A stretch of 64,000 nt of DNA from Candidatus Binatia bacterium (lineage in GTDB: Bacteria > Desulfobacterota > Binatia > HRBIN30). The first letter of the stretch is position 1. Every line of letters begins with the position of its first letter. Below are positions 8,801-17,247 of the stretch, piece after piece. Location of the stretch: contig JBBRSP010000003.1 of assembly GCA_038245295.1 (NCBI GenBank), forward strand, positions 332,354-396,353, in the 5' to 3' direction. The notes beneath the pieces were generated by a model that made no database searches, was not told where the DNA came from, and was given only the letters and a program-made list of their open reading frames with translations. Position numbers and translations under genes: made by a program.

Positions 8801-11718
8801 CGCCCCTCCGGCAGGGTGACGGCCAGCGCGTAGGTTATGACATCGCCAGCCGTGACGCTGCTGCCCTGGGTGCCATTGGGCGAGATCGCTTGGATGGATT
8901 TGGCGATCTGGGGGGTAGTGATTGTGGCGCTCGCCGTGTCGGTCTGGTCGATGGACGTAAAATCGGGGCCGCCCTCGGCGCCGGCGTAATTGAACAGCGT
9001 TGCCGTATTGGTCAGCACTTGGCGCGGCGTTACCGGCGATGCGTCGGTCGGCCCGTCCGCTTGCAGGTCATAGGTGATGACGGCGATGTTTCTGCCATTC
9101 GTCGGGTCGAAGGGGTCGATGGCTCCCGGCGGCGCTAGCGTTGGGCCCGGGTCATCAAGCTCGATGCCACCGAGCGGATCAAACAAACCACTTCCCAAGG
9201 CAGTGGTGGGAATGACGGCGCCGGTTCCATCGGTGACGCAGAGATTGAGCCCGCCACCCGGGATCGAAAACCCGCTTGGTAGCGAGTCGCGCAAACGCAC
9301 ATCGAACGCCCCAAGTATACTGTTCCCGGTGTTCTCGACGACGATGGCGAAGGTAACACGATCACCCCCGTCGATATTGCCGACGTTGCTGTTCATCGGC
9401 GTCGCCGTCAGTCCGTTCGTGCTGACGGTCGTGCCGAAGCGCGGGCAGGCGCCGCCCGGACTGGAGAACGCGACCGGCCCGACTGTGGAGGGTGCAAACG
9501 TAGCCGCAGCATTGGTGCTGGCTAAGGCACCTTTCGTGATCCGCAGGGCCGGCTCGGTGAGCTGGAACTGTACCAACGAGTCAGCCGCGGAGAGCGTGTT
9601 ACTCGTATTGTTCTCGAGTTCCTGGACCTGATTGGTCAGGAAAAGTCCGTCGGCAAACGGCTGGGTGTTGATGGTCACGGTGAAGAGAAGGTCGACGGCG
9701 ACGGGAGTGTTCGTGGGATCATCGTAGGTACCGTAGCTGAACCGGAGGAGATTGGCGGTCGCATCGCTCGACACTGTCGGCGTGATCCCGGATAGCGCAA
9801 AGAAGGTGTCTGAGGGCCCGAACTTCGCGGCTCCGGCGGCCGGCGCTGCGGCGCTGACCACCGCGCTGAAACCCGCCACCTCGGTAGCTACCAGCACAGG
9901 GAGCGGCAGGAAGTCATCGAAGCGCATGTTCTCGACGTCACCCGAGCGCATGGTGAAATGAATGCGGTAGGTGATCGTGTCGCCAGGGGCAAATTGGGTT
10001 GCCGGGCCGACGACCCCATTGCGCGCATAAATAGTCTTGGTGAGCGTACCGCCGCCGAGGCTGACGCCCGCGGTGGAACCATCGCCTTCGGCAAACCCGG
10101 TTTGCATGAGCGTCCCGTTGTCGAGAATATCGCCCGCAACGTTGGTCACGTTGCTCAATTGATCCCCTGGGTTGAGCGATGGGTTGCCCGACGGGAAGGT
10201 ATCCGTAAACGAGTCGAGGATCGTGGTCTCGAATGTGATGGTCGCGGTCGTCGGCCCATCATTGGCCGCTCCGCCGTCCGGGACGAGGCCTCCGGCGAGA
10301 CGCCCGGTAAATCCGCGAGTGATCAACTCGTCTGAAACGCGGAAAGTGAGGTCGGTGGTGCCGGTTCCGGGACTGTTCAGCACGCTGGAGGAGTTCGCCG
10401 GAGCGAGGGTGCCGCTGGAGGTAGCGCCGTTCTCGGTCACAGCGAGGGTTGGGGGTGTCAGATTGATATGTTGCCCATCGGAGAACGTGTCGGTGACGAT
10501 CAGGTTCTGGAACGTGAAAAAATCGGACACCTGGAACACGAGCGTGTAGCGCAGGGTGTCGCCGGGCGAAGCCCCTGGGGCCCCGACGTCGGTGACGATC
10601 GCCACACTCTTTTGGATAGCGATCGACTTGTCGGTGAGCGTATGCTCCGGGCCGGGCTGATCGATCACCGGATGAGCGGGTGGGTCGCGCGCATCGATCG
10701 GCGTCCAATCGCCCTCGCCGCGGGCGTTGTTGAGAGACTGGACGTCGTCGCCCGTGATCGGGCTAATGACCGGAACTGCGTTGGCATCATTCTGGGGTAC
10801 AAAGTATTCAAACGTAACCGTCGCATCGGCGGTGCCGGGGCCGCCGGTCACGGCGGGAAAACGCACAACGAGGTCGTTGTTGGGTGGGTTGGCGGCGGCT
10901 CCCACCGTAGGCGTATCGAGCACCACAGCGCCGGCCGGCGTCGTCGCGACAATCGATAGGAATGCAAGATTGTTCGGAAGGAAGTCGGTAACGTCGAGGT
11001 TGGTGATGGTCTGGCCATCGGCGATATCGACCGAAATCGTATAACGCCGCGGAAAGTTCGGGCCGGTCGCCGTTTCGGATTCTGGTCCGTTGTACGTCTT
11101 GGTAACGGTGAGGAGCGTCGGCGTCAGGTTGCCGCTCTGCGTCGTCCCGGTGATCGGTGGATCGGTCCCCGGGTTGTCTAGCGCGTCGGCGCCGTACCGG
11201 AAGCCAGGCGTCGCAAGCACTGTCAATGGTGTTCCGACATCGGCCAGGTTGCTTAGCAATGTAGTGACGCTGATCGTCGCGGGGGGCTGCGATGCGGTGA
11301 AACTGCCGAACGGCAACTGCAAAACGACGAGCTGGTCGCCGGCTGGGCATGCTACCGGCAGCCCGGTGTATGGGTGCGCGGCGACTGGACAAGTGAGAGT
11401 GATCGTGGCGACGGGAGTACCGAGGTACGTAGCGCTGACGAAGGTCAACCCATCATCGGTTGCAGCGCCGGCGCCGTCGGCACCGATGCTCGGCAGAAGG
11501 AGGTCGATATAGGGACCAAAGCCGGCGTCGGTTGCCGCGGCGTTGTCAAAGGTCAACGACAGGGTCTGCTGTTGGCCGATCATTCCTGCGGCGGGAACGG
11601 CCAGTGTGACCGACGGAATTGGTTGTCCCCAGGCGACTGAGGCCAGGGGCAGACTCGCAACAAAGGACAGCGCTGCTCCTGTGGAGAGCCTCGCCAACGA
11701 TAGAAACAGTTTGCCCAA
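2860..11718 (-). CDS. Giant secreted adhesin-like protein with tandem DUF11/isopeptide-forming Ig-like repeats, Thr/Pro linker and C-terminal domain
   Basis: TTG start with GGAGAGG RBS, signal peptide, many repeats of K...G..(V/I)TY.(I/L)...N.G...D.LP.G...N.A, PTPT linker near C-terminus. Confidence 0.85.
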   Translation of the reverse strand: MGKLFLSLARLSTGAALSFVASLPLASVAWGQPIPSVTLAVPAAGMIGQQQTLSLTFDNAAATDAGFGPYIDLLLPSIGADGAGAATDDGLTFVSATYLGTPVATITLTCPVAAHPYTGLPVACPAGDQLVVLQLPFGSFTASQPPATISVTTLLSNLADVGTPLTVLATPGFRYGADALDNPGTDPPITGTTQSGNLTPTLLTVTKTYNGPESETATGPNFPRRYTISVDIADGQTITNLDVTDFLPNNLAFLSIVATTPAGAVVLDTPTVGAAANPPNNDLVVRFPAVTGGPGTADATVTFEYFVPQNDANAVPVISPITGDDVQSLNNARGEGDWTPIDARDPPAHPVIDQPGPEHTLTDKSIAIQKSVAIVTDVGAPGASPGDTLRYTLVFQVSDFFTFQNLIVTDTFSDGQHINLTPPTLAVTENGATSSGTLAPANSSSVLNSPGTGTTDLTFRVSDELITRGFTGRLAGGLVPDGGAANDGPTTATITFETTILDSFTDTFPSGNPSLNPGDQLSNVTNVAGDILDNGTLMQTGFAEGDGSTAGVSLGGGTLTKTIYARNGVVGPATQFAPGDTITYRIHFTMRSGDVENMRFDDFLPLPVLVATEVAGFSAVVSAAAPAAGAAKFGPSDTFFALSGITPTVSSDATANLLRFSYGTYDDPTNTPVAVDLLFTVTINTQPFADGLFLTNQVQELENNTSNTLSAADSLVQFQLTEPALRITKGALASTNAAATFAPSTVGPVAFSSPGGACPRFGTTVSTNGLTATPMNSNVGNIDGGDRVTFAIVVENTGNSILGAFDVRLRDSLPSGFSIPGGGLNLCVTDGTGAVIPTTALGSGLFDPLGGIELDDPGPTLAPPGAIDPFDPTNGRNIAVITYDLQADGPTDASPVTPRQVLTNTATLFNYAGAEGGPDFTSIDQTDTASATITTPQIAKSIQAISPNGTQGSSVTAGDVITYALAVTLPEGRTPGLVLSDILPTGFQFIPGSVLVLPGTFNGSLNLAPTVGVAGAPATGQTITLTFGTTDVTADNNGATNTFTVTLQALVLDTAQNNGIPAQTKTNTGRLNFTGNPGGPLSSTASTTFLQPRLTLSKAMAPANPDAGDVVTITLVANNTGTAPAYDVVLADPLPSSLFDLTPVVSVNAGSTPVDFAFSYASPTVTYAMLPASFIAPGGSRSFTFTARVRPDVVTGTTYQNTASVTGDSQSGVVAQQRATTNAGSANVSIPNAGVSKSIVATSENSTDPGDLGINGNPPVAIGEVVTYRVTFTVPEGITNGVILADVLPAGTTLVSGSARLDRTSLLLTSAADPGSINSNSPGSPVAVTLTGSTGEVSLTLGNVVNADMDNTTAEQYLLTLRVVVDNSVTNNAGTSLSNIGRLHFLNAGGVSQQVDSTPRLTHIAEPVVSVDKTANPTSATGGDTIAFTLVVTNSASGTNAASGFDWTISDTLPVQYVSPLVTSVNVGATGATAGAAFVGNLLSGTIDQLDPGESVTITYTAVLGPLAQFGQTVPNIATVNASSLPGSNGTGNATPGAPGSTTGERTATGGANDLTASDPAAVTVGVPTLTKTTLNPQPYYAIGETPQFRISVGAPVGSASNFVITDVLPAGLSFNAGSLVVTLPVGAVAANAPLSEGNAAFFTLVGNNLTFNFGNITVPTAGNIQIAYTTTVRNVIGNQDNIYLPNTASLNFVNAATGTPIALGPVTNDLPVRVGEPNLEMQKQVLAGATNADAGDTVSWRVILQNVGHTTAYRLNWNDVMPNGLYQLSNVVVTPSGGNVFLNATNTPVNSTHSIVSTTSNTNDTVSLPLLQMAPGTTLQIDFDSVVMNTVVPGQVLNNATRANYTSLVGGGRDNSSGPATVDDDNNTTLNNYAEQASQALTIAAPIAIDKTVSPSVYTVGQNVSYNIRVSVVEGTTPGMIVTDVLPAGLTYVSHSIAFGNLGMTAGNASYNTRLGSGQTVQFNFGNVIDPGNSSSSDDFVAITLTARVDNILANQSGTILRNGEQANGSSLTVQYGSTTLNFDHDAGTPGFQGVPISLIEPVLEVLKSADPVSQSLGDIVTYTVQVRHAPSSTADAYDLVLNDVLPPGLTYVPGSATLPAADVTAAGQNLQFRISALTLLAGNTTFTYQATIDLGAQIGAPLTNNVALTWAGIPGATGAPDNGRNGGDGIGGLNDYTSGSSATVTPNENAFIDATKTVIDLNGGEVYPGDILQYTVTLINTSAPVTGVVFTDTVPIQTTYVNGTLSSTQGTTNDSGRPTLRVNVGSMTTGQTVSITFEARVLAGTAHGVVISNQGSVDSNQTVPEPTDVDGNDKNGDQPTDVITGQGIPAHRLRAEKYVEIVSDTVPPVGTINPGDVIRYLITLKNTGASILTNVVFNDTVPSSIAVTAISTTQGTAPPPSNTIFIGDIGTLLPNASVTITVIGTVTGTGTICNQGSGDSLQTSPSLTDNNPSIADGVQPTCIDSLPPGSVGTPRLILDKTYQLIGDNNNSGGPNGGERVRYKMTVQNTGSAMAIDVFLTDPAPANTTIVPGSVITSQGAVVSESPVSVNLGTMAAGQVATVTFDVDIDNAVAAGTRITNTATVTDRVGNTATDSTAYTIQALAIDLAIRKQHSGTFAPGQNGTYTLTVTNVGSLATTGTITVIDTLPTGFSYVSASGGAFACSGASQTMTCVRTAPLPPGSISSILLVVRVDSSASPISINVASVTTDGDGNISNNTATDPTSVSGVGPTPTATPLTPVPSATPTRTRPGTDVTPIPTRTPTGVRSTPTRASTFTPPPTRTRRPPGTPEPCGGNRKFKLLWSNRDPLHAKVIFSATRCVAPPGCFDTSWTGPMTIAPVTLTISDSQGGTLEETLELLPLNQGSCPGGVDSYCFTNDDVVHVDRMHFVYGRDGITTLRGKINFKLPTPEAPTLTAPLRVRVADSDGYVLDILFSVCQLRTGITTTTLQCR

Positions 11719-11911
11719 AATAGAACCTCTCCGCTCGTTCCGGTAGCGAACCGTGGGCCATCCGGGAGTAGGGCGCCGGGGTTAGGGAATCGTGCTGCTC
11801 GACGCGTTCAGAATGTCTCAATGGTGTTTCACGAGCGTACGCATGGTCTTCGTCCCGTGGGGGAATTCCCACCGGTGCGACGGGCAGGTAGCTGCGCCGG
11901 GCGGCTGATTT

Positions 11912-13798
11912 TTATTTCAGACTGAGCTGACCGTTGACGGGATTCTTCTTGAACCGCCAGTTGTACATGTCGGTATCCGGGCCGACCTGGACGATCATCG
12001 TCATACTCACATCGGTGCCGGTGTCGAATTCGGAGAGATCACCGTCTTTGGCCGACAGGCTTACCGAGGTCGAGCCGTCGAGGCGATTGACGACGCGTAG
12101 CTTGGTGAAGAAGCCGTCGAAGGTTCCCTTGATCGTCCCGTAGGCGCCGAAGTTCTCGAGCAAGCCGAAGTCGAAGATCTGGTCGACATTGCCGTCGGTG
12201 AATCGCACTTTGACAGGCCCGCTGGCGGAGCGCGGATGGCCGAGGCGGGCGCCGAGGTAGAGGCGGCTGCCGGCACCGTTGATCGGCTTCAAGCGGGCTA
12301 CACGGCGCACGAATCCCTGGTTACCGAAGCCAAGCGTTGTGCCTCCGAGGTTTGCCACGGTGCCGTTGGCGAGGCTGGTGTTGACGTCGTTGATCGTCGC
12401 GTCGACGGTGATTGCGTCGCTCGCCGTGGCGCCGGCTTCGGCGATCACCTCGATCAAATAGCGACCCTCGACCGCCAACGGGATCGTAACGCGATCCTCG
12501 CCGATGCTGTCCATGTCGAAGTCACCTTCGGTGTAAGCGACGTTCGGAATCGTGCTGGTCGTCGCGGAGGCGGTCAAGCCATTCGGATCCGTGACCAGGA
12601 GATTCACCGGTCCTTCCGAGTGAATCTCCAGGTTGAGCGCCGGGTTGTCGGCGACGAAGACCTCGTAGGTCTTGTCCGCATTGCCGCCGGTCGGATTGCA
12701 GTTCGACTGGTAGGCGAGCTTGGCGCCGTTGGCACTCAGTTTCGGATAGAGATTGAGGCAGGTGCTCGGGCCGTCGGTGATCTGCGTGAAGGTTTTGCGC
12801 GTGCGGTTGTAGAGCAGGATCTCGTTGCTGTGATCGGGGTTGTTGCCGGTGGCGTCGAAGCCGGAGGTGAAGGCGATCCACTTGCCGTCGTCGTTGATCG
12901 TCGGAGTGTCGCCATCGAAGGGGCCGTCCGGCGTGCCGGATACCAGTGTCGTGTAGCCGGTCTTGCTGCGCAGATAGACCGCCGATGCGCCGTCCGGGTT
13001 GAGGCCTGCGACGTTACTCGACGAGATGTAGGTGATGAAACGGCCGTCGCCACTGACTGCCGGCACGCTGGAATCGCCGTTGCCTTCCGGGTCGTTGGTG
13101 ATCTGATCGAGATTGCGCGCCGTCAGATCGTAGACGAATAGCTCCTGGCTGAAGTCGGCGTTGCGACCGGTGAGATCGCTGGTGCTGACGAAAGCGATCG
13201 TCTTGCCGTCGCCGCTGAGCGCCGGGTTGTGGCTTTCCCCGTCGCCATTGGGATCCCGCGATAAGGCCATGTTGCCGCTGCGGTTGTACAGATAGACCTC
13301 GTTGCTGAAGTCGTTGTTGGCGCCGCGCAGGTTGCTGCTGGTCTCGAAGCCAACGCGTTTGCCGTCGCCGCTGATCGCCGGCACCAGGCTCGAGCCGTCG
13401 CCTTCCTTATCACGCGTAAGCTGAGAGAAGCGTTTGCGGGTGCGGTCATAGCGGAAGATCTCGTCGCTGCCGTCGTCGTTGCGGCCGACATAATCGGACG
13501 AGGATTCGAAGGCGATATAGCGGCCGTCCGCCGAGATGACCGGATTCGTCGAGCCATCGGCGGTGATGCGCACGAACTGACCGGTGAGCAGGTCGTAGGT
13601 GAAGGTGTTGGCCACCGGCGTCGCGTTGGTCCCGCCGAGGTTGCCGTTCGAGCCGAGAACAACGATTCGCCCGTCGCCGCTGATCCCCGGTGGGCTGGTG
13701 AATTTGCCGACCGGAAGGTTGGTAACTTGCACAGTGCCGGCGTTGGCGGTGCCGACGAGAGCCGCCAGGATGAGTAGGGCGAGGTTTGAGTGTCGCAT
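11912..13798 (-). CDS. Secreted TolB-like (PD40) beta-propeller protein with C-terminal beta-sandwich domains
   Basis: Signal peptide; repeated P.ISGDGR.IAF.S..DL.G.N.D.S.EIF.YD blades. Confidence 0.85.
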   Translation of the reverse strand: MRHSNLALLILAALVGTANAGTVQVTNLPVGKFTSPPGISGDGRIVVLGSNGNLGGTNATPVANTFTYDLLTGQFVRITADGSTNPVISADGRYIAFESSSDYVGRNDDGSDEIFRYDRTRKRFSQLTRDKEGDGSSLVPAISGDGKRVGFETSSNLRGANNDFSNEVYLYNRSGNMALSRDPNGDGESHNPALSGDGKTIAFVSTSDLTGRNADFSQELFVYDLTARNLDQITNDPEGNGDSSVPAVSGDGRFITYISSSNVAGLNPDGASAVYLRSKTGYTTLVSGTPDGPFDGDTPTINDDGKWIAFTSGFDATGNNPDHSNEILLYNRTRKTFTQITDGPSTCLNLYPKLSANGAKLAYQSNCNPTGGNADKTYEVFVADNPALNLEIHSEGPVNLLVTDPNGLTASATTSTIPNVAYTEGDFDMDSIGEDRVTIPLAVEGRYLIEVIAEAGATASDAITVDATINDVNTSLANGTVANLGGTTLGFGNQGFVRRVARLKPINGAGSRLYLGARLGHPRSASGPVKVRFTDGNVDQIFDFGLLENFGAYGTIKGTFDGFFTKLRVVNRLDGSTSVSLSAKDGDLSEFDTGTDVSMTMIVQVGPDTDMYNWRFKKNPVNGQLSLK

Positions 13799-13855
13799 CA
13801 GCTCTATGGTCGCCTCAGACCCGGGAGGCTGTCAATCAACAATTCTCGGGCCGCG

Positions 13856-14398
13856 CTATTCGTCCAGAAGCGCCAAAGCGGCACGATGCGCGGCCTCGAA
13901 CGGATCGCGCTCCGCCTGCAACCCAGTCGGCAAGCCCTCATCGGCGGCGATGAGAAAAAAGAAACTCTGCACCAGCAGGTATCCCCATAACGCGGTACTC
14001 GTCGCCGCGAGGGGCGGAGCGCTCAACCAGCGCGCCAGGAGCAACCCGCCAAGTTGCAATACGCCTTCGATCGTGACCGCGCGTGCGGTGCTGTTGCGGT
14101 AGAGGAAGGCGCTTCTGGCAATACCCAGCGTTAGCCCCAACCCAAGGCCGAGCTCCGTTGGGTTGCGCGCGACCAACGCTGCGACGACGGCGACTCCGCC
14201 GGCGCAGCCTGCGACGATGAGACTGCGTGAGCGGTTGCGGCTCAGGCCGCTGACATAGAGCACGATCGCGAGGATGAGGTAGAGCTGCCTCGCGGCGTTT
14301 GCGCCAAGTAGCGGTCCGACGACGACCAACCATGGAACCCAGGCCGCGGCCGCCAAAGCCGCGAACAGAACGCTGCGTCCAAACGTGTTCCAGGTCAT
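13856..14398 (-). CDS. Multi-pass membrane protein, last gene of the vWA-PspA operon
   Basis: About 6 hydrophobic segments; ATGA overlap with the upstream stop. Confidence 0.75.
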   Translation of the reverse strand: MTWNTFGRSVLFAALAAAAWVPWLVVVGPLLGANAARQLYLILAIVLYVSGLSRNRSRSLIVAGCAGGVAVVAALVARNPTELGLGLGLTLGIARSAFLYRNSTARAVTIEGVLQLGGLLLARWLSAPPLAATSTALWGYLLVQSFFFLIAADEGLPTGLQAERDPFEAAHRAALALLDE

Positions 14399-14943
14399 GA
14401 CGGCTCTCCTGTTGATCCCGGCGCGGACTGACGTCGCCGCAACAATTCGATCTCGATCTCCTCGTCGCGAACCTCGTACCCGCTCGGCGGTAGGCTGCCG
14501 AACGCGCCATCGTGCGACCGCGCCACGGCCAAGCGTACGCGGCCGCGTAACACCTCGAATTCGCTCTGCTGGGTTGCCAGTTGCGCGGCCAGCGTGTCGA
14601 TCTCCGTCCGCAGTCTGGTCTGTATGACGTGGCGCTGGCCCGCCTCGTGACGGCGCGGCAACAGCCGGCGAATGGCGAAACGCGCCAGGTCGTCCTTCCC
14701 ACCAGCCAGCGCAAGGCCGATGTCTTCCTCCAGCGCCTGCATCTCACGCCCACCCGTTGCCTCAACCTCGTGCAACCGCCGGCATTCGTCGTGTAGCGCT
14801 TCGATCCGTGCCCGTTTTCGGTCGAGCTCTAACTCGGCTTCGCGCAGATGTTGCTTGAGCAACAAGGCGCGATCCTCGAGCGATTCGACGACGCCGTGAG
14901 CGTCGGCTTTGAGAAGGATGGCAATTCGAGTCAACAGTTTCAT
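14395..14943 (-). CDS. PspA/IM30 family protein
   Basis: MKLLTRIAILLKADAHGVVESLED..LLKQHLRE N-terminus, ALAGGKDDLARFA motif, coiled coil, EIEIEL tail; AAAGGA RBS. Confidence 0.85.
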   Translation of the reverse strand: MKLLTRIAILLKADAHGVVESLEDRALLLKQHLREAELELDRKRARIEALHDECRRLHEVEATGGREMQALEEDIGLALAGGKDDLARFAIRRLLPRRHEAGQRHVIQTRLRTEIDTLAAQLATQQSEFEVLRGRVRLAVARSHDGAFGSLPPSGYEVRDEEIEIELLRRRQSAPGSTGEPS

Positions 14944-14981
14944 GATGTTGTCCTTTCCTGTCAGGCCGAACGGTGCTCCAG

Positions 14982-16400
14982 CTACTTCTTGCTACCGGCA
15001 CGTCGGGCATCGAGCGCTTGGGCGCTTGCAGCCTTGCTCAGCTCGTTGCGCTGTCGCTCTTGACCAGGCCCGTTGAAGGCGGCGGCGACGTTGTCCTTGA
15101 GCTTGTCGGCCTCCTTGAGCTGAGCGCTGACGGCCGGCGAACTGAGGTGGGCGTTCATGCGCTCCGCGTCGGCGCGGAACTCTTCGACGCTTTTGATTGC
15201 GCCGTCGCGATCTCCGGCTTGCACCTGCCGCGCCACCGCATCTTGCATCTTGTTGTAACTGTCGACGATGACGGCTCGGCCCCAGGCGCCCGGTTCTACA
15301 TGGTCGTAGAACTCGCCTTCGCCGGCGACACAGGCGATTTTCGGGAGCGCGTCGAGATTCAGTACGGCTCGCGTCGCGCCGTTGCCGTATGACAAGGCGA
15401 ACACGCCGAGGTCGGCCTCGCCGAGGACAGCGTGTGGCACGGCGAGCGTCACCCAGACGCGGCGTTGCTGGCCGGCAAAGAGCGACCCGGGGTGGAAGGT
15501 GACTTGTCCATCATGTGTTTCAATCGGGTAGCCGGCCGCGTCGAGTACGCGTACTCCCGGAGCCGGATGAATCTCTACGGCCAGACCGCTCGCGATCGTC
15601 TCGCGCGCCGCCTGGAACTCGCGGGCGAAGACGTCGGAGAGCGTGTTTGTGTTCTGGACGTAATAGTAGTTGCCGGTTCCCGCGTCGGCGAGCGATGTCA
15701 TCAGTTGCTCGTTGAAGTCGGTACCGACGCCGACGGTCGACAGCATGAACTCGCCCTGCGCCGCGCGGGCCGCACGGCGGCGCAAGCCTTCGGGGCTGGC
15801 GTCACCCTGATTCGCCAGACCATCGGAGATGAGCAGCATATGAGGAACGTGGTCGCTCTGCCGATTCGCTTCTATGAGAGCGAAGGCGCGGTCGAGCCCA
15901 CTCGACACGTTGGTGCCGCCGTCGGGTGTCACGGCGGCGAGCCTCCCGAGGAGCTCTGCCCGTGTGCCGTCATCGACCGTCGTCAAACTGATCGGCACTT
16001 CGGAAGTGGTGCTGTAGGTGACCAGGGCGAAGCGGTCGCCGGTGGTCAATTGCGCCAACAATTCGCGCACCGCGGCTCGGGCGTGGTCGATCTTCTCACC
16101 CGACATCGAGCCGGAGCGGTCGAGCACCACGACGAGGTCGGTGGCGTGGCGGTGGGGCGATTCTGCGGCGGACGCGGCGCCGGCCATGACCAGCTCGAGG
16201 CGCACGACACCGTCGGCGCCGCGCAGGACGGCGGTGCGATCCAGTGTGCCGGTGAACGACACGGGGCCGTTGCCCGCAGCCGCGATTCGCTGCGGCGGCG
16301 GTGGCGGTTGACTGCCGACCCCGCGGCCGACGAATCCGGCGAAGCCGGTCAGCAGCAGTAACCCCGTGGCGATCATGAATTGTACTCGGCGCGATTTCAT
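14982..16400 (-). CDS. Exported/membrane-anchored von Willebrand factor A (YfbK-like) protein
   Basis: N-terminal hydrophobic segment, MIDAS DRSGS, GGTN, LISDGLANQG, GVG.DFNE.LM..LA..G.GNYYY. Confidence 0.9.
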   Translation of the reverse strand: MKSRRVQFMIATGLLLLTGFAGFVGRGVGSQPPPPPQRIAAAGNGPVSFTGTLDRTAVLRGADGVVRLELVMAGAASAAESPHRHATDLVVVLDRSGSMSGEKIDHARAAVRELLAQLTTGDRFALVTYSTTSEVPISLTTVDDGTRAELLGRLAAVTPDGGTNVSSGLDRAFALIEANRQSDHVPHMLLISDGLANQGDASPEGLRRRAARAAQGEFMLSTVGVGTDFNEQLMTSLADAGTGNYYYVQNTNTLSDVFAREFQAARETIASGLAVEIHPAPGVRVLDAAGYPIETHDGQVTFHPGSLFAGQQRRVWVTLAVPHAVLGEADLGVFALSYGNGATRAVLNLDALPKIACVAGEGEFYDHVEPGAWGRAVIVDSYNKMQDAVARQVQAGDRDGAIKSVEEFRADAERMNAHLSSPAVSAQLKEADKLKDNVAAAFNGPGQERQRNELSKAASAQALDARRAGSKK

Positions 16401-16480
16401 AAGCGTCTCCCTTCGTTCCGTGGTGCGGCGAGCTGTCGCCGTCACTCGCCGACTACATACGCCCGAGAGCGCGATTCGTT

Positions 16481-16499
16481 TGTAAAAGGACTGTAAAAG
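16481..16499. promoter_or_regulatory. Putative OmpR/PhoB-family binding site
   Basis: TGTAAAAG direct repeat at 16481 and 16492 (11-bp period) between divergent operons. Confidence 0.6.
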
Positions 16500-16539
16500 C
16501 GGGCAGGGCAGAGTGCGGCGCGTTTACTGTAGCCGCGAA

Positions 16540-17244
16540 ATGCGTACACTCGTGGCCGTGTCAGCCGAGATTCTCATCGTCGAAGACGAAGCGGTGATTC
16601 GCAGCGGCCTGTGTGATCTCCTCGCCCTGCAGGGATACGTCCCCGTCGCAGTTGGCAACGGCGAACAAGGTCTCGCGCAGGCCCGCGCCAAGGAGCACGC
16701 GCTGGTGATTCTCGATGTGATGTTGCCCGAGATGAGCGGCCTCGATGTCTGCCGGCTGTTACGCGCCGAACGGCCGACGCAGGCAATCCTGCTGCTTACG
16801 GCGCGTGGCTCCGAGAGCGATGTGCTCGACGGCTTTCGCAGCGGTGCCGATGACTACGTCACGAAACCATTCTCTGTCGCCGAGTTGTTGGCGCGTGTTG
16901 CCGCGCTGTTGCGGCGCAGCGCTGCGACAACAGCGGACCCTGTCGCCACCTTTGTGTTCGGCGCGTGGGCCGTCGATCCACACCAACGGACGGCCTGTAG
17001 CGCGGAGTCGAGTGTTGTCTTGAGCAGCCGTGAAGTGGCGCTGCTGGCATTGCTGGCGCGCGAACGGGGCCGCATCGTCGGTCGGCGGCAGCTGCTCGCG
17101 GAAGTCTGGGGCATGCAGCATGTGGAAGCGATCGAGACGCGCACCGTCGATATGCACGTCGCCAAACTTCGCAAGAAGCTGGCGGCCGGTGGCGTCGACC
17201 CGATCGCAACCGTGCGTGGTGAGGGATACCGCTACGGCGGTTGA
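16540..17244 (+). CDS. OmpR-family response regulator
   Basis: ILIVEDE, LDVMLP, GADDYVTKPF, winged helix with TRTVDMHVAKLRKKL and TVRGEGY; start could be GTG 16558. Confidence 0.95.
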   Translation: MRTLVAVSAEILIVEDEAVIRSGLCDLLALQGYVPVAVGNGEQGLAQARAKEHALVILDVMLPEMSGLDVCRLLRAERPTQAILLLTARGSESDVLDGFRSGADDYVTKPFSVAELLARVAALLRRSAATTADPVATFVFGAWAVDPHQRTACSAESSVVLSSREVALLALLARERGRIVGRRQLLAEVWGMQHVEAIETRTVDMHVAKLRKKLAAGGVDPIATVRGEGYRYGG

Positions 17245-17247
17245 GGC

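Noticed and set aside
3083..11640. Many long antisense and alternate-frame ORFs
   Set aside because: Expected shadow ORFs of high-GC coding sequence.
11720..11911. Possible riboswitch (e.g. c-di-GMP) upstream of the adhesin
   Set aside because: No recognisable conserved riboswitch motif by eye; an Rfam scan would be needed.
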